This document shows positions 32,622 through 32,961 of a stretch of DNA of 32,961 nt, one piece after another. The stretch covers positions 1 to 32,961 of the forward strand of contig JAHLWZ010000987.1 in NCBI GenBank assembly GCA_020536535.1, in the 5' to 3' direction. The notes under the pieces are model-generated. The model was not told the origin of the DNA, searched no databases, and was given only the letters and a program-made list of their open reading frames with translations. The position numbers were made by a program, and so were the translations under genes. Position 1 is the stretch's first letter; every line of letters begins with the position of its first letter. The DNA is from Pelomyxa schiedti. Lineage: Eukaryota > Protista > Evosea.

Positions 32622-32961
32622 TCAACTACAAATCTGTTGTAAAGCTGGTGGCACGATAGGGTAGTCCTTTCTGGATGGTGCCGGCCAATCCACTTCATCC
32701 CATAGTCGGAAGTTGCGACTTTGGAGCCACCCCAAGGCCGAAGGAACTACCTCTGACACTGGGACAAACCATACGCTGCCCTGTGGAACCGCCGCTGAAA
32801 CGGCATAACTGAACACCAGCTCCTTTGCACATGCAGCAAACTTGGGACGGCCAATGGAGTTTACTCGAAAATATAAAAAAATTGCTTTCTTTGCAACGCA
32901 GGGCTGTCTCTCAACCGAAACAAGGTCATAAATATACAAATAGCGTTGGGAAGACATGGTG
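32622..32961 (-). CDS. Hypothetical protein, possibly the 3' part of a gene running off the window
   Basis: Open frame of at least 111 codons at the window edge. No motif recognised. Confidence 0.35.
   Translation of the reverse strand, partial: TMSSQRYLYIYDLVSVERQPCVAKKAIFLYFRVNSIGRPKFAACAKELVFSYAVSAAVPQGSVWFVPVSEVVPSALGWLQSRNFRLWDEVDWPAPSRKDYPIVPPALQQICS

Noticed and set aside
1-32961. Alternative genetic code or stop-codon readthrough
   Set aside because: In-frame stops in conserved genes fall in removable short introns, and TAA, TAG and TGA all serve as true stops.

Overview
Gene-dense eukaryotic DNA with many short (about 30-100 nt) spliceosomal introns and very short intergenic gaps. 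A DUSE-like snRNA promoter motif, a BBSome subunit and a SatP/Gpr1 acetate channel suggest a flagellated, probably anaerobic amoebozoan such as an archamoeba; this is inference only. Gene models were spliced by hand. Protein genes: a ClpB-like protein with only NBD2, an RCC1-F-box-ARF fusion, a Zn-dependent FDH-like dehydrogenase, a decayed MT-A70/METTL4 copy, an orphan, a secreted Zn-PLC-like protein, USP48, SatP, a CheR-like methyltransferase, cullin-4, a CUE-TROVE/vWA-RING protein, a CH-CH-DH-PH RhoGEF, OGG1, BBIP1 and a partial ORF. The most striking signal is in the intergenic gaps. There is a complete U1 snRNA whose splice-site-reading end is AUACAUACCUG rather than AUACUUACCUG. A second, unrecognised Sm-class RNA has U1-like topology, the 5' end AUACCUACCU and the same promoter spacing. 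Further structured Sm-site or DUSE-linked RNA candidates are also present. They coexist with degenerate 5' splice sites (+4 often U or G), several GC-AG introns and one U12-type AT-AC intron. Together these point to a possible diversified set of splice-site-reading snRNAs.
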